Source: Armatimonadota bacterium
GTDB taxonomy: Bacteria; Armatimonadota; Hebobacteria; CAIYQO01
Length of the DNA stretch: 17,795 bases
Assembly (NCBI GenBank): GCA_038248345.1
Contig: JBBRXO010000056.1
Location: forward strand, 1 to 17,795
Direction of reading: 5' to 3'
The notes under the pieces were generated by a model that saw nothing but the letters and a program-made list of their open reading frames with translations, was not told the origin of the DNA and searched no databases. Shown here in pieces: positions 16,840-17,795 of this stretch. The translations under genes and the position numbers were made by a program. Positions within the stretch are counted from its first letter, which is position 1. Each line of letters opens with the position of its first letter.

Positions 16840-17795
16840 ATGATACCGTCAGAGAAGACTAACATTATAACGCCTGACATCCTCATCCTGGTAGTGGATG
16901 ATGAGGAGTTCATCCGCCGGCTGGTATCTCGCAACCTGAAGGAACAAGGATACGGGTACGGATTTAGTTGCGTGCTGGCTGAGAGTGGTGCGGCGGCGCT
17001 CGTGGAGTTGGCCGCCCGCCCGTTTTCGCTAATGATCACTGACCTGATGATGCCCGGCATGACCGGGCTGGAACTGCTGGCGGCAGCGAAACAAGTGCAA
17101 CCGGATATCGCCGTGGTCATGCTGACCGGGGTGGATAGCTCTTCGACGGCCGTTGAAGCGCTGGCGCAGGGGGCCTACGGATATGTGATAAAGCCGTTCC
17201 AGTCTAACGAACTGCTGATCAACGTGGTCAATGCATTGCGCCGGCGCGATCTGGAGATACTACGTAGCTCCTATGAGCGGCAACTGGAACAAGAGGTTTT
17301 TGAACGCACCCGCGATATCCATGAGCGCGAAGAGGAGATCACCCTGCGGCTGGTATCGGCGTCCGAGTACCGCGACAACGAAACCGGGACGCACATCCGC
17401 CGCATGGCCCTCTATGCCGCATTGCTGGCGCGGGACCTGGGCTGGGCAGAAGACCAGGTGGAGCTGATGCGCCTGGCGGCCCCCATGCACGATATCGGCA
17501 AGATCGGGATACCCGACAGCATCCTGTTGAAGCCGGGGAAACTCACCCCGGAAGAAGAACAATTGATGCAACAGCACACTATCATCGGCACCCGGATACT
17601 GGAAGGTTCTGTGTGTTCGCTGTTGCAAATGGCGCAGACGGTGGCACTCAACCACCACGAAAGATGGGATGGCTCCGGCTACCCCAACCGGCTAGCAGGT
17701 GAAATGATACCCGAATGTGCGCGTATCGTGGCAATAGCCGACGTCTACGATGCCCTGCATTCTGACCGAATATACCGCCGGGCATTCTCCGAAAC
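16840..17795 (+). CDS. Response regulator with REC + HD-GYP phosphodiesterase domain, RpfG-like; 3' truncated by the window
   Basis: Manual translation from ATG 16840: ILVVDDEE..TDLMMPGMTGLEL..KPF..EYRDNETGTHIRR..MHDIGKIG..HHERWDGSGYP..ADVYDAL..RIYR. Open to the window end; not in the ORF track. Confidence 0.95.
   Translation, partial: MIPSEKTNIITPDILILVVDDEEFIRRLVSRNLKEQGYGYGFSCVLAESGAAALVELAARPFSLMITDLMMPGMTGLELLAAAKQVQPDIAVVMLTGVDSSSTAVEALAQGAYGYVIKPFQSNELLINVVNALRRRDLEILRSSYERQLEQEVFERTRDIHEREEEITLRLVSASEYRDNETGTHIRRMALYAALLARDLGWAEDQVELMRLAAPMHDIGKIGIPDSILLKPGKLTPEEEQLMQQHTIIGTRILEGSVCSLLQMAQTVALNHHERWDGSGYPNRLAGEMIPECARIVAIADVYDALHSDRIYRRAFSE

Overview
GC-rich bacterial chromosomal window. 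The taxon cannot be fixed from the sequence; promoter and repeat style suggest a Terrabacteria-type organism. The left end holds an apparently stand-alone two-gene phage-head module on the minus strand: a GP20-like scaffold plus an HK97-fold major capsid protein. It has its own sigma70 promoter, an upstream palindrome and a structured leader, carries host-type repeats between and beside the genes, and has no terminase or portal upstream. Divergently, thrS is preceded by a probable leaderless Thr-rich leader peptide with protector, antiterminator and terminator hairpins (ribosome-mediated attenuator). Then follow a GerMN-like protein, a GT2 glycosyltransferase, glyA, a GNAT acetyltransferase, an AT-richer decaying ankyrin + WG-repeat pair, a membrane protein, cysK, a large hybrid sensor kinase and a REC/HD-GYP regulator that runs off the right end and is absent from the ORF track. 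Most intergenic regions carry REP-like palindromes from several families.
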